A DNA stretch of 64,000 nucleotides from Myxococcota bacterium (GCA_039028615.1 JBCCHT010000032.1:1-64000), one strand, 5' to 3'. Counted from the first letter of the stretch, positions 8,322-18,055 are shown. Made by a program: numbers and translations. Notes: a model not told the origin generated them from the sequence alone.

Positions 8322-10190
8322 CTAACCGTGCGCGAGCGTGCGGCCCGGATGGCCCACATGTCCGTGCTCGGAACCGCCGTCGATCGCTGCCTTGGCGATG
8401 ACGAACCCGCCCAACGCCAGCCCCGCTGCACACAGGGCGACCGCGAGCGGCCACCATCGCTGTGCCCGACGGCGATGCGCTGCATCGGACCGGGGCGGCA
8501 GGCGGACCGGCACGACCAACGCATCTCGCGCAGGTTCGTTGTACAGCGGAGGAATGGGGGTCGGGAACGGGCGAGACGCGTCGGAAAACACGATCTCTCC
8601 GACGATGGGTGGGGGCGACGGCGGAGGCGCGATGGTCAGCGGCCCCGTACCCGGTTGCCACCCGGTGGAGCGGTCGTCGCGAGGCGAGGGCGGTGGCCCA
8701 TGGGACGTGGAGCAGACAGGGCCGGAATGGGCGGTGAAGGTGGGGGTCGAACTCGAGTCGGCGGGGAGAGAGTGTGCCGCGGAACGAGGGGGTGCGGGCT
8801 CGGGTGTGCGGGCATCGACTCGCGCTCGAGCGGAGTACGACGGGGTGAGCGTGGACGCGGATACGCCCGGGGCAGGCTCGACCGTTCGGCCCGAGCCGCT
8901 TGGGGGCGACGGTGCGGCCGGGCTGAACGTGGCGGTGGTGATGGACGGCTCCGCCGGGGTCGCCACTGTAGGGCTGAAGCGCGCCGTCGAGGCCGAGGCG
9001 TCGCGTTCGAAGGTGCGGGTCGACGCGGAGCTCGAGGCCGGATCGACGGTGGCGGTGGGAATGGGGCGGGCGAAGGTGAGGGTCGAGGCGGTGGTGGCCG
9101 GCAGCCGGACGTCGACGGACGCAGGCACGGTGTCGTCGTTGCCCCCGCTTCGCTGGACGGCCGGCACACCGTGGGCGCGACGGCGCACGATGATCGAACG
9201 AGGCGGAGGGAGCGGAGCATTGGCGCCCGACTGGGGAGACAGCGTGGACTCCAGAGCGACCAGCTCGGGGTGGATGCGTGGCTCGACGATGGTGTGGTGG
9301 GGGCGTTGGCGGTTGCCGAAAAACCGCCCCAGCAGGCGCCGTAGGGGCTCTGGAGCGGACAGGTTGAGATCGGGGCAGGCCTCGAGCGCCGCGAGGGCAC
9401 GCCGCGCGTGGGGGATGCGGGTCTGCTCGTTCGAGTCGAGCAGGCCGTGCACGAGCTCGGCCAGGCCGGCCGACACGTTGCCGCGGGTGAGGCGGGGACC
9501 CGGGCCCCGACGGGTGACGACCAGGGTCTCGCTGGTGGAGGACTCGGGCATGCGATGGGACTGCCCCTCGAGGAGCTCCCACGCCAGGGCCCCGGCCGCG
9601 TGCATGTCGGCGGCAGGGCCTACCCGGTCGGCCCCACCATGACAGAGCCCGGGGGCCGACCCGACCAGGCCCGCGAAGCCGAAATCGGTGAGCTTGATCT
9701 GCCCCTCGCGGGTGATCACGACATGACTCGACTTCAGGTCGCGATGGGTGCGATGCAGGGCCTTGCCATCCGCGCTGGCCCCGTACGCGTGCGCCAGACC
9801 CCGCAGGACCCCGGCCATGACCCACGAGACGGCGGGCTGCGGCCATCGCAGGTTCGCCTTGCGCATGGCCTGGACGACTTGCCCGAGATCGACCCCGCAC
9901 ACGTACTCCATGGCGAGATAGGGCAGCTCGCCGTCGACCCCGACATCGAGGGTGGTGACGATGTTGTCGTGGGGGCCCATGCGGGCGTTGGCCCGGGCCT
10001 GCTCGAGGAAGCGCTCGCAGGCCCCCCGCTGGTGCATGAGCGACAGCCGCGGCACCTTGAGGGCGACCCCCTGCTCGATGCCGTCGACCCGCCGCTGCGC
10101 GTGGTAGACCTGCGCGATCGACCCCACCCCGAGCAAGCGGATGAGCTGATACGGGCCAATGCGACTGGGGGTTCCGGGAGGCGCGGACAT
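8322..10190 (-). CDS. Hanks-type Ser/Thr kinase-like protein, probably degenerate, with Pro/Thr/Ser-rich linker and C-terminal TM helix
   Basis: LGVGSIAQVY, VALK, YLAMEYV, HRDLKSSH and DFG are present, but there is no GT..Y..PE segment. TM helix WWPLAVALCAAGLALGGFVIA. Confidence 0.85.
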   Translation of the reverse strand: MSAPPGTPSRIGPYQLIRLLGVGSIAQVYHAQRRVDGIEQGVALKVPRLSLMHQRGACERFLEQARANARMGPHDNIVTTLDVGVDGELPYLAMEYVCGVDLGQVVQAMRKANLRWPQPAVSWVMAGVLRGLAHAYGASADGKALHRTHRDLKSSHVVITREGQIKLTDFGFAGLVGSAPGLCHGGADRVGPAADMHAAGALAWELLEGQSHRMPESSTSETLVVTRRGPGPRLTRGNVSAGLAELVHGLLDSNEQTRIPHARRALAALEACPDLNLSAPEPLRRLLGRFFGNRQRPHHTIVEPRIHPELVALESTLSPQSGANAPLPPPRSIIVRRRAHGVPAVQRSGGNDDTVPASVDVRLPATTASTLTFARPIPTATVDPASSSASTRTFERDASASTARFSPTVATPAEPSITTATFSPAAPSPPSGSGRTVEPAPGVSASTLTPSYSARARVDARTPEPAPPRSAAHSLPADSSSTPTFTAHSGPVCSTSHGPPPSPRDDRSTGWQPGTGPLTIAPPPSPPPIVGEIVFSDASRPFPTPIPPLYNEPARDALVVPVRLPPRSDAAHRRRAQRWWPLAVALCAAGLALGGFVIAKAAIDGGSEHGHVGHPGRTLAHG

Positions 10191-10361
10191 CGTGCTGGAA
10201 CTACGTAGTCCTCACTGCCCCCTCGTTCGGACGACTTTTTCGCTCGCCGTCCGCTCTCAGCCCGAAATTGAGGGTTTCGCGGCGACTTTGTCCCGCTCGG
10301 GAGCCAAAGTCGCCGCGTCACCGGGCGCGATCCGTCATGGTTGGGGCCGACCGGCCCCGGC

Positions 10362-12497
10362 CTACCGGCCTTGGCGGGCGCGGATGGCCCGGGCGCGCTC
10401 GTGGTCCCCCGCGCTGTCGAAGCACCGGGCCGCGTTGGTCAGGGCGTCGTCGTGACGCTCGTGCTCCGGGTAGCGGGCGGCGAGCTGCTCGTACGCCTCG
10501 CCGCAAGCCCGGCCGTTCCCGGCGGCCGCGGCCTTCCAGGCGATGCCGAACTCGAGCGGCGGGACGGCATCGTGCAACTTCGTCGCCGACTCGTGCTGCC
10601 ACAGGGCCAGCTGCGGCAGCTGGGCGGTGTAGTCGGCGAGCTCGTTCGCGGCGGACTCGTCCCGAACCCACGCGATCGTCAGCAGGTCGAGCTTCATCTC
10701 GGCGGCTCGCACCGCGATGTCGGGCACCTCGGGTCGCTCGTCGAGCGAGGTGATGGCCATGTCGAGCGGCGTGCGAGCGTCGGTGAACTGATTGTGCTGC
10801 ATCGCCAGCTGCCCCCAGAAGTAGGCGACCTCGCCCCGCCGCGGGTCGTCGGCATCGGCGTGATCGAAGTAGCGCCGATAGCTCGCCAGCAGCTGCTCCG
10901 CCTCGGGACCATAAGGATGGGCGGGGAAATCCGAGCGGGCATCGCCGGACGCCGAAGGCTTCAGGGCGTCGGGCTTGTGCGCGTTGCGGGCTGCCATCAC
11001 CTGGGCGTACGCCGCCTCGCTCGCGAACTCGCCTTCGGGGTCCCGGTCGATCGAGGCATCGAAGAGACGCTGGGAGCGAAGGTAGAGTTCATCGACCTGC
11101 TCGGGTGCGTGCTCTTGGGCGTGCACCGCCCGGGCCCACAAGAGCTCGCCGTGGAAGTACTGCACGGAGTGGGTGTCGTCGTCCTCGGGGAACAGGGCGG
11201 CAAAGCGGGCGTAGGCGTCGGCCGACAGCGCTCGGAGCCGGTCGGTGCCGGTCTCGTACGACTGGTGGTGCCACTGGGTCGCGGCCTCGAGCAGCGCGTC
11301 GCGGGTCGCGTCGTGGCACGTCGCACCGGGGTCACCCTCCAGCTGCGCCTGCTCGAAGTGATCGGCGAGTCGGTGCAGCGCGACGGCATGGCGCTCGCTG
11401 TCGGTGACCGGGATCGATGCCAGCGCGTCGGCATCGGCTTCGCAGCGGGCGACGGCGGTCGGTTCCTCGGGTTGCGAGGGGACGCCCGCACAGGCGAGGA
11501 CTACGGTCGGCATGCCGAGCCCCACGGTGGCTTGGGCGATCGAGCCGAGCCGCGTGCGATGACGGAGGGCCCCGATGCGCTCGCGAACGTGACCGAACAA
11601 GCCCAGGGCCGCGCGAGGGCCGGGTCGTGCCCCCGCGGCGAGCTCGACCATGATGCGGCCGTACTCGCGCCAGCGGCCGTCGAAGCGGGCGACCGCTCGT
11701 TCGTCGGCGGCGAGCTCGAGCAGGGTCCGGGCCCGACGGGCGGCGAGCCAGACCGGGAGCACGGGCCACGCCAGAGCCACGAGCACGGTGAGCCCGGTGG
11801 CGACGGCGGGGTCGCGACGCTGCAGGTGGGCCCGCTCATGGGCGAGCACGCAGTGGAGGGTGGAGGCGTCGCTATCGATCAGCGCTCGGGGCAGCACGAT
11901 GGTGGGCTGTCGCCAACCGAAGGCGAGCGGGCCCGCCGTCTCGTGAACGAGCACCCGAGCTCGAGGCTCGGCGCCGCGGAGGTCGGCCGAGGTGGCGGGT
12001 CGCGAGTCCGCGGTGAGCTCGTGCAGGCGCACCCGATCCCGAGCCAGTCGCACCAGCAGGACGGCCGTGCCCCCGAGCCACGCGAGCAAGACCAACAGAC
12101 CCCAGGGCAGCGGCGTGGGGCTGGAAGGGGTCGACACCGACGACGCGGCGACCGGAGTCGTGGTCGCCGAGGTCCCGATGAGCGCGGGCGTGCTCAGCTC
12201 GATGAGCTCGGGGGTGGCGGCAGCGGTGGCCGAGGTGGTGATCATCGCCGATGCGGAGGCCGGCTCCGTGAAGGCGGTGAGCGGACTGAGCGGGCTCTCC
12301 CACTGCAATGGCAGCAGCAAGCGCACGAAGACCAGGCCATACAGAGGAAGCCGCCATGCTGCGCTCACGTGGCGACGCAGGGCGTGGTCGAGCGCTCGCG
12401 CCACCAGCAACAACGCACCCGTCCACACGGTGATGGTCAGCAGCCAGGAAACGAGGCCTTGGCCCAGGACATCGAGAGATTGCAGTGGCTCAAGCAT
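10362..12497 (-). CDS. BlaR1/MecR1-family M56 metallopeptidase with TPR-like C-terminal domain
   Basis: N-terminal TM helices, GPLAFGWRQPTIVLP, zinc motif VLAHERAHLQRRDP, ELAADERAV; overlaps the blaI-like gene. Confidence 0.92.
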   Translation of the reverse strand: MLEPLQSLDVLGQGLVSWLLTITVWTGALLLVARALDHALRRHVSAAWRLPLYGLVFVRLLLPLQWESPLSPLTAFTEPASASAMITTSATAAATPELIELSTPALIGTSATTTPVAASSVSTPSSPTPLPWGLLVLLAWLGGTAVLLVRLARDRVRLHELTADSRPATSADLRGAEPRARVLVHETAGPLAFGWRQPTIVLPRALIDSDASTLHCVLAHERAHLQRRDPAVATGLTVLVALAWPVLPVWLAARRARTLLELAADERAVARFDGRWREYGRIMVELAAGARPGPRAALGLFGHVRERIGALRHRTRLGSIAQATVGLGMPTVVLACAGVPSQPEEPTAVARCEADADALASIPVTDSERHAVALHRLADHFEQAQLEGDPGATCHDATRDALLEAATQWHHQSYETGTDRLRALSADAYARFAALFPEDDDTHSVQYFHGELLWARAVHAQEHAPEQVDELYLRSQRLFDASIDRDPEGEFASEAAYAQVMAARNAHKPDALKPSASGDARSDFPAHPYGPEAEQLLASYRRYFDHADADDPRRGEVAYFWGQLAMQHNQFTDARTPLDMAITSLDERPEVPDIAVRAAEMKLDLLTIAWVRDESAANELADYTAQLPQLALWQHESATKLHDAVPPLEFGIAWKAAAAGNGRACGEAYEQLAARYPEHERHDDALTNAARCFDSAGDHERARAIRARQGR

Positions 12498-12876
12498 CGT
12501 TGGTTCCTTGGTCTTCGAGCAGCTCGAGCAGCTGCTCTCGTTGGCGACGGGTCAGGGTGGTGCCCTTGGCCAAGAAGCGGAGCGCGGGGGCGGTGCTGCC
12601 CCCGAACGCGGTCTCCACGAAGCGCTGCCACGCCCCCTTGCGCGCTTCGGCTTGCGCTACGGCGGGGCTGTACTCCCACACGTTACCCACGCGGCGGGCC
12701 TGCAGCAGGCCCTTGTCGACCATTCGATCGAGCATGGTCTTGACGGTGGAGTAGGCCCAGCCGCGCTGCTCCTGCACCGCGTCGGCGACTTCGCGAGCGG
12801 TCGCGCGCTCGTTGGCCCATAGGACCTCCAGCAGATCCCACTCGGTATCGAGGATGGCGGTGGGGTTCACGCCCAT
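12490..12876 (-). CDS. BlaI/MecI/CopY-family transcriptional repressor
   Basis: EWDLLEVLW, WAYSTVKTMLDRMVDKGLL and RRVGNVWEYSP; AGGAG RBS before ATG 12,876. Confidence 0.95.
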   Translation of the reverse strand: MGVNPTAILDTEWDLLEVLWANERATAREVADAVQEQRGWAYSTVKTMLDRMVDKGLLQARRVGNVWEYSPAVAQAEARKGAWQRFVETAFGGSTAPALRFLAKGTTLTRRQREQLLELLEDQGTNDA

Positions 12877-12893
12877 GACTCCTGTAGCAGCGT

Positions 12894-12930
12894 CACTATG
12901 CATGTAGCTCTATCACTACATTTGTAGTGA
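12894..12930. promoter_or_regulatory. Tandem BlaI-type operators (TACA-NN-TGTA)
   Basis: Perfect TCACTACA-TT-TGTAGTGA at 12,913-12,930 and a degenerate copy CACTATG-CA-TGTAGC at 12,894-12,908, just upstream of the blaI-like start. Confidence 0.88.
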
Positions 12931-13001
12931 GGCAACGAGAAATCGATCGCGGGGAAGCCGCTGGCTGCTCCCCCGTGGCGGCGTACCTCTTTAGGGCGGG
13001 C

Positions 13002-14750
13002 TCAGAGCACGGGGCCTGCGTCGGGGCCGAGCATGGCCTCGCGGATCACGGGCAGGGGCGCGGCGCCGAACGACAGCAGCTCGTCGTGGAACGCTTTGAG
13101 GCTGAAGCTGCGGCCCTCGGCTTCGGCCTTGGCCCGCATGTCGTCGCGCAGCTTCAAGATGATGAGCTTGCCTAGCGTGTATGACAGGTACATCGGGTCG
13201 AAGGTCCCGCGCACCGCCTGTTGCTGCGCGTTGCCTTCGTCTTGAAACGCTTGGTCGCGGAACATCGCGAGCGATTGCTCGACGGTCATGCCCTTGGTGT
13301 GCAGGCCGATGGCGGACATGTAGCGGACGTTGCGGAGCAGGGCGTTTTGCAGCTGGCCCACGCGTACCCGGGGGTCGGTACTGATCCCCTGCTCCCACAT
13401 CATTTCCTCGGTGTAGTGCGCCCAACCCTCGGTCATGGCGTAGTTGCCGTAAGACTTCAGCGCGGCCGTGGCATGGGCCTTCATGTGCAGCGAGTGCAGG
13501 AAATGTCCGGGCCAGACCTCGTGGATGGTGATGAACAACAGGTCCGTGGTGCCGGGGATGTAGTCGCGTTGCTGCTGCTCGGGCCAGGCGGGGTCGGGCG
13601 GACTGATGTAGTAGAAGCTCGGGAGCGAACCGGTGGAAAAGGGCCCCGCCGGGTCGAGGAAGGCGGCGTTCCAGCGCATGAAGGGCGGGCTGAGCCGCAC
13701 CTCGGCCACGTCCTCGGTGGGGATGGAGATGAGGTCTTGGTCGAGCAGGAACGCCCGCATCTGCGTCGACTGCTCGGTGGCCACGTCGAGCACCGCGTCG
13801 GCGGCCGGCTTCTCGTTGCGGACCTTCTCGATGGTGGTGCGGACATCCGCCTCGGCGTCGATCTGCTTGGCGGCGGTGTCCATCGCCGCCAGGTTGCGCT
13901 CGAGGTCCGCCTGCCCGATCGCTTCCAGCGTGGCGAGGTCGACGTCGATGCCCTGCGTCTCGCGGAGCATGGCGATGAACGACTCGGCCCCGAGGGCGTA
14001 GTCGTCGGTGGCGGCGGCTTGCCGCTTCACCAGCGCGGCCTCGAAGGTGGTGAGCGCGGCGACCATCATCGACAGCGCGGTCTCGAGCTGCGCTGCGGTC
14101 ATGGGCTGGAGCCCCTTCATGGCCGTGGGCACGTCGGTCTGGACGAAGGTGATGGTGCCTCGCGTCTGAAGCAGGGCGGTGTCCACCCACGTTCGCGGCA
14201 GCGCGTCTTCGAGGTTGGCGTCGGCGTTGGCGAGGTGGGTCGCGGCTCCGTTGGCGATCGCGATCACGGCCTGGGCCCGCTGCTCGAGCGGTGCGTAGTC
14301 GCGAGCGATATACGGCGTCAGGTTCAGGTCGCCCATGTAGAACATGGGGTTGCGCCACGGGGCCCGGCGGTCCTTCAGCTCGAACCGCTCGCTGCGGGCG
14401 GCGACCAGCAGCGCGCCGTGCTCGACCCGCTGCGTGCGATCGAGCGTGCTCGGGTCGATGGCCTCCAGATCGGCGATGGCCGCTTCGATGAACTCGAGCT
14501 CCAGCTCGAGGCCGGCCTGGCTGCTGTCGTGGAGTTTGCCATCGAACTCGTGCAGGCCTAGCTCCACCGCCCGGGCGGGATATAGGTCGTAGTAGCCGGC
14601 CACGATCGAGTCGCGCAGCGCTCCGAAGTCGGTCGCCTCGGGCTGCGCGGCGCTGGCCGCAGGAGCGGGCGAGGCACCCGTGGGCTTGCAGGCGCTCGCG
14701 GCCAGCAGGACAGCCAGGGACAGCAGCTTCGACTCGAACGGGCGCGGCAT
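13002..14750 (-). CDS. DUF885-family lipoprotein (putative metallopeptidase)
   Basis: Lipobox LAASAC, HEVWPGHFLH, EGWAHYTEEMM, YLSYTLGKL and FHDELLSFGAAPL. Confidence 0.92.
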   Translation of the reverse strand: MPRPFESKLLSLAVLLAASACKPTGASPAPAASAAQPEATDFGALRDSIVAGYYDLYPARAVELGLHEFDGKLHDSSQAGLELELEFIEAAIADLEAIDPSTLDRTQRVEHGALLVAARSERFELKDRRAPWRNPMFYMGDLNLTPYIARDYAPLEQRAQAVIAIANGAATHLANADANLEDALPRTWVDTALLQTRGTITFVQTDVPTAMKGLQPMTAAQLETALSMMVAALTTFEAALVKRQAAATDDYALGAESFIAMLRETQGIDVDLATLEAIGQADLERNLAAMDTAAKQIDAEADVRTTIEKVRNEKPAADAVLDVATEQSTQMRAFLLDQDLISIPTEDVAEVRLSPPFMRWNAAFLDPAGPFSTGSLPSFYYISPPDPAWPEQQQRDYIPGTTDLLFITIHEVWPGHFLHSLHMKAHATAALKSYGNYAMTEGWAHYTEEMMWEQGISTDPRVRVGQLQNALLRNVRYMSAIGLHTKGMTVEQSLAMFRDQAFQDEGNAQQQAVRGTFDPMYLSYTLGKLIILKLRDDMRAKAEAEGRSFSLKAFHDELLSFGAAPLPVIREAMLGPDAGPVL

Positions 14751-14801
14751 CGCGGGGACGGTACCGTCGCCCGCCGCCTGCCCTCAACCGAAGGGCCTCG
14801 A

Positions 14802-15347
14802 TCAGCCGTCGAGAATCGAGACCTTGGTGACCCGGTGCTGGTCGTCGAAGCACACCTCGCGCAAAAATGGTGTGTTGTGCAGCAGGGCCGGCTGGTGCCG
14901 GCAGCACCCGTCGGTGCACTCGAGCTGCGGTGACTCACCGTCGGGCGTGCCCAGCGACAGGGGGTTGTAGGTCAGGCACGGTGGCTCGAAGGTCTCGAGG
15001 CAGCTTTCGGCCCAGGTCGCGGCGACCTCGGAGAGCCACTTTTGCGCATCCTCGGCCGCGATGGTCACGGTGGTCGGCGGATCTTCGCTGATGCTGTGCT
15101 CGCGCTCGAACACGATGGCGGCGCCCGTGAACTTCGCGAACCCGGCTGCATCGGCGACGCGCAGGACGTCGTAGAGGTCCACGAAGGCCTGCGTTTCGTC
15201 CCAGGGCGCGGGGGCGGGCGCATCGGCGGGGGGCTTGGCCGTCGCGGTGTCTTCGGTCTCGTCCGGCGGCGTCACCGGAGGATTCGTGGGGGGCTCGTTC
15301 TTGGAGCACGCAGCGAGGAGCACGAAGGGCAGCACGATCAGGCGCAC
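14802..15347 (-). CDS. Hypothetical lipoprotein
   Basis: VRLIVLPFVLLAAC lipobox followed by a Pro/Thr linker and a Cys-containing domain; GTG start assumed. Confidence 0.75.
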   Translation of the reverse strand: MRLIVLPFVLLAACSKNEPPTNPPVTPPDETEDTATAKPPADAPAPAPWDETQAFVDLYDVLRVADAAGFAKFTGAAIVFEREHSISEDPPTTVTIAAEDAQKWLSEVAATWAESCLETFEPPCLTYNPLSLGTPDGESPQLECTDGCCRHQPALLHNTPFLREVCFDDQHRVTKVSILDG

Positions 15348-15369
15348 GCCTCGATCATACACGAACCCC

Positions 15370-15861
15370 TCAGGTGCTCTCGGGGCGTGGCGGCGCCTTG
15401 TAGTCGGCGGCCACGAGCCCGGAGGGGGCGGAGAGCTTCGCCTGCTCCAGATCGGCCAGGCTCCGCGTGATGGCCTCCGCGCAGCTGGCCACGGTGGTGA
15501 TGGCCCACGGACTCGGTGACAGCCACTGCATCGCGGTCAGGGCTCCGCGGATCAGCGGGTTGTTGAGCACGACGTAGTTGCCCACGTTCAGCGCGGTCGC
15601 ATCTTCGGGCATGGCCGCGGTGAGCTCGGAGATCAACCGGCGCTCGAGCGGGGCGGGCCGCTTGGCTTCATTCGAATCGGTGATGAGCACATAGCCGCCG
15701 CGGAGCCGGGCCCGAGCGAGCACGGCATCGTTCCACGCGAAGAAGCGCCGAATCGACTCCGCTCCCGGGGCGCCGAACCAAGTTGCGATGAGGATCGGCT
15801 CGTAGCGATCGTCCAGCACGATGCTGCCGCCCGGGTCGGCCACGATCTCCACTGCACCCAC
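15370..15861 (-). CDS. Hypothetical protein, possibly STAS/SEC14-like
   Basis: 163-aa ORF with LITDS and VLNNPLIRGALTAMQWL segments, resembling small myxobacterial alpha/beta proteins. Confidence 0.65.
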   Translation of the reverse strand: MGAVEIVADPGGSIVLDDRYEPILIATWFGAPGAESIRRFFAWNDAVLARARLRGGYVLITDSNEAKRPAPLERRLISELTAAMPEDATALNVGNYVVLNNPLIRGALTAMQWLSPSPWAITTVASCAEAITRSLADLEQAKLSAPSGLVAADYKAPPRPEST

Positions 15862-15958
15862 CCCTCGAGCATAGCAGCGCAGGACGCCGAACGATGGGCT
15901 CGCGCGCTGCTGTCCGAGGAACCCTGGGGCGTGTGGGTGAGGACTGGTAGATTGAGGT

Positions 15959-18055
15959 GTGAGCGCGGGAGCACGACGGTGGTGGTGGCCCCTCGTGTTG
16001 TGGGGCGCGAGCTGTCAGGGCGCGCCCTCTGCCCCGAGCACCACCGCCGACGACTGCGACGTTGCCAGCGAGCGCCGAGGCCATCGGGTGTGTGTGCACC
16101 ACGTTGCTGCCGAAGACTGGGGCGGTCTCACCCAAGCGTCCGGGTTGGTCGGAGTCGTCGCCCAGACCAAGTTTCTGGTGCCGGCTCGCTCCGACGCACG
16201 CATCTCCACGTTCTTCCTCGACGCCAACCATGAGCTCGACCACTACGCGATGCTCACCGAGGCGTTCCCCGAGCGTTTCGCTGGCATGACCCTGGGGGAC
16301 TACGAGGACGCCATCCTCGGTGGGGCCGAGCGGGAGTTCTTTGCCGGGCCCATCCTCGAGTTTCAGGTGGCGGGCGAGGCCCGGGTGTACGGGTTCACGA
16401 TCTGGGACGAGGTGCTCGATCCCAGCCGGGGCCTGACCTGCGCGCAGCTGCTCGATGCCGAGGCTCAGCTGCAGGCCACCTTCGAGCCGCGACCCCTGCT
16501 GTTCGTGCCCCTGGGGGAGGCGCAGGCATCGATGGCGGCCGAGTGTGGCGTGGTGACCTATGACCCGGGCGCGGGCATTCCCTACGAGGTCTACAGCGTG
16601 GCCGAGGGATTCGGGACCGTGCGTACCCACGACCTGCCCGGCCTCGCCCAGGCGCAGGCCGAGTCGGCGCTGGGCTGGCGCGACATCCTGGTGCTCTCGG
16701 AGGCGCCCTTCGACCTCACGGCCGTGGTCTCCGGGGTGGTGTCGGGCTCGCGACAAGCCGCGCTGTCTCATCTCAACGTACGCAGTCAGGCCCGGGGCAC
16801 GCCCAGCTGCCATCTCCGCGACGCCGAGGTGTTGCTGTGGCCGTGGGAAGGGCAGCTGGTGCGCTTGGTCTGTGCCGAGCGCCAGTGGCTGGTGGAGTCG
16901 GCGAGCCTCGAGGACGCGGAAGCGTTCTGGGCCCGACTGCGGCCGGAGCCGGTCGAGGTTCCGGCGCCCGACGAATCGACCACCGCGCTCGTCGAGCTGT
17001 CGGCGCTGCCGACCGCGACGGCGGAACAACGAGCGAGCGCGATCGCGGCGTACGGAGGCAAAGGGCGCGGGCTGGCCACGCTGTATCAACGCTACGACGG
17101 GCCGAAGGTCGCGGGGTTGTTGGTGCCGCTTTCTTGGTACCTCGAGTTCATGCAGCAGGGCACGTGGATGGTGGATCTCGGCGGCGGTCCGACGATGCAC
17201 TCGTTCGCGGAGACGATCGAGCACTGGCTCGAGGACCCCGAGTTCTTCCAGGATGCGGCCCTGCGCAACGAACGGCTCGCGGCGCTACGGCAGGCGATGC
17301 TCGGCGCTACGCCCGATCCCGACCGGGTCCGCGAGCTGCACGAGCGCATCATCTCTCAGTGGGGCACGGACGAAGTCACTCTACGCTTTCGGAGCAGCAG
17401 CAACGCCGAGGACTCGCTGCGGTTTTCTGGTGCTGGGCTCTACGACTCGACCAGTGTCTGTCCCGCCGATTCCTTCGACGACGACGCGCTGGGCCCGAGT
17501 CGCTGCGATGCCACGCGCGCGTCGGAGATCACCATCGAGCGCGGTCTGCTGCGGGTCTGGGCCTCGCTGTGGAACGGGGCCGCGTTCGAGGAGCGCGACT
17601 GGTACGGCATCGATCATCGCCGGGTGGCCATGGCGGTTCTGGTCAACGATCGCACCGCCGAAGAGCGGGCGAACCTCGTCGCCCTGACCGGGAACCCCAC
17701 CGCGCCGCAGGACACCCGCTGGCTGGTCAATGCGCAGGTCGGCGAGCTCGACGTCGTCTCCAGTGCGCCGGGCGTGGTGCCGGAGCGAGTCCTGCTCGAC
17801 GTGCAGCAGGGAGTCGTGCAGCAGATCGTTCGGGTGGGTCCCAGCAGCGAGGTCGAGCCGGAGATCGTGGTCGTGTCCGACGGACAGCTCGAGGCCCTCG
17901 GTTCCGCGCTGGCGGAGATCGAGCAGGTCATGCCGATCGACGAGCCCATCCCGGCCGACATGCGACGGGTATGGGACACCGAGTGGAAGGTGCGGTCGAA
18001 TGGAGAACTGTTGATCAAGCAGGCGCGACCGATGCTGTTGCCCGCGCTGCCGTGA
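15959..18055 (+). CDS. Lipoprotein with phospho-His swivel-like motif followed by a PEP/pyruvate-binding (PPDK_N ATP-grasp) domain
   Basis: Signal/lipobox RRWWWPLVLWGASC, LSHLNVRSQARGTP, YGGKGRGL, RFRSSSNAEDSLRFSGAGLYDS, VWASLWN and LIKQARP. Confidence 0.88.
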   Translation: MSAGARRWWWPLVLWGASCQGAPSAPSTTADDCDVASERRGHRVCVHHVAAEDWGGLTQASGLVGVVAQTKFLVPARSDARISTFFLDANHELDHYAMLTEAFPERFAGMTLGDYEDAILGGAEREFFAGPILEFQVAGEARVYGFTIWDEVLDPSRGLTCAQLLDAEAQLQATFEPRPLLFVPLGEAQASMAAECGVVTYDPGAGIPYEVYSVAEGFGTVRTHDLPGLAQAQAESALGWRDILVLSEAPFDLTAVVSGVVSGSRQAALSHLNVRSQARGTPSCHLRDAEVLLWPWEGQLVRLVCAERQWLVESASLEDAEAFWARLRPEPVEVPAPDESTTALVELSALPTATAEQRASAIAAYGGKGRGLATLYQRYDGPKVAGLLVPLSWYLEFMQQGTWMVDLGGGPTMHSFAETIEHWLEDPEFFQDAALRNERLAALRQAMLGATPDPDRVRELHERIISQWGTDEVTLRFRSSSNAEDSLRFSGAGLYDSTSVCPADSFDDDALGPSRCDATRASEITIERGLLRVWASLWNGAAFEERDWYGIDHRRVAMAVLVNDRTAEERANLVALTGNPTAPQDTRWLVNAQVGELDVVSSAPGVVPERVLLDVQQGVVQQIVRVGPSSEVEPEIVVVSDGQLEALGSALAEIEQVMPIDEPIPADMRRVWDTEWKVRSNGELLIKQARPMLLPALP

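Noticed and set aside
10341..12743. Long antisense ORFs (this 800-aa one; also 24,567-26,900, 50,247-52,670, 6,012-8,273 and many others)
   Set aside because: Shadow or off-frame ORFs expected in very GC-rich DNA; they lack motifs and overlap well-supported genes.
15959..18055. PEP synthase (ppsA) or rifampin phosphotransferase call
   Set aside because: The domain order is reversed, there is no pyruvate-binding barrel, and a lipoprotein signal is present.
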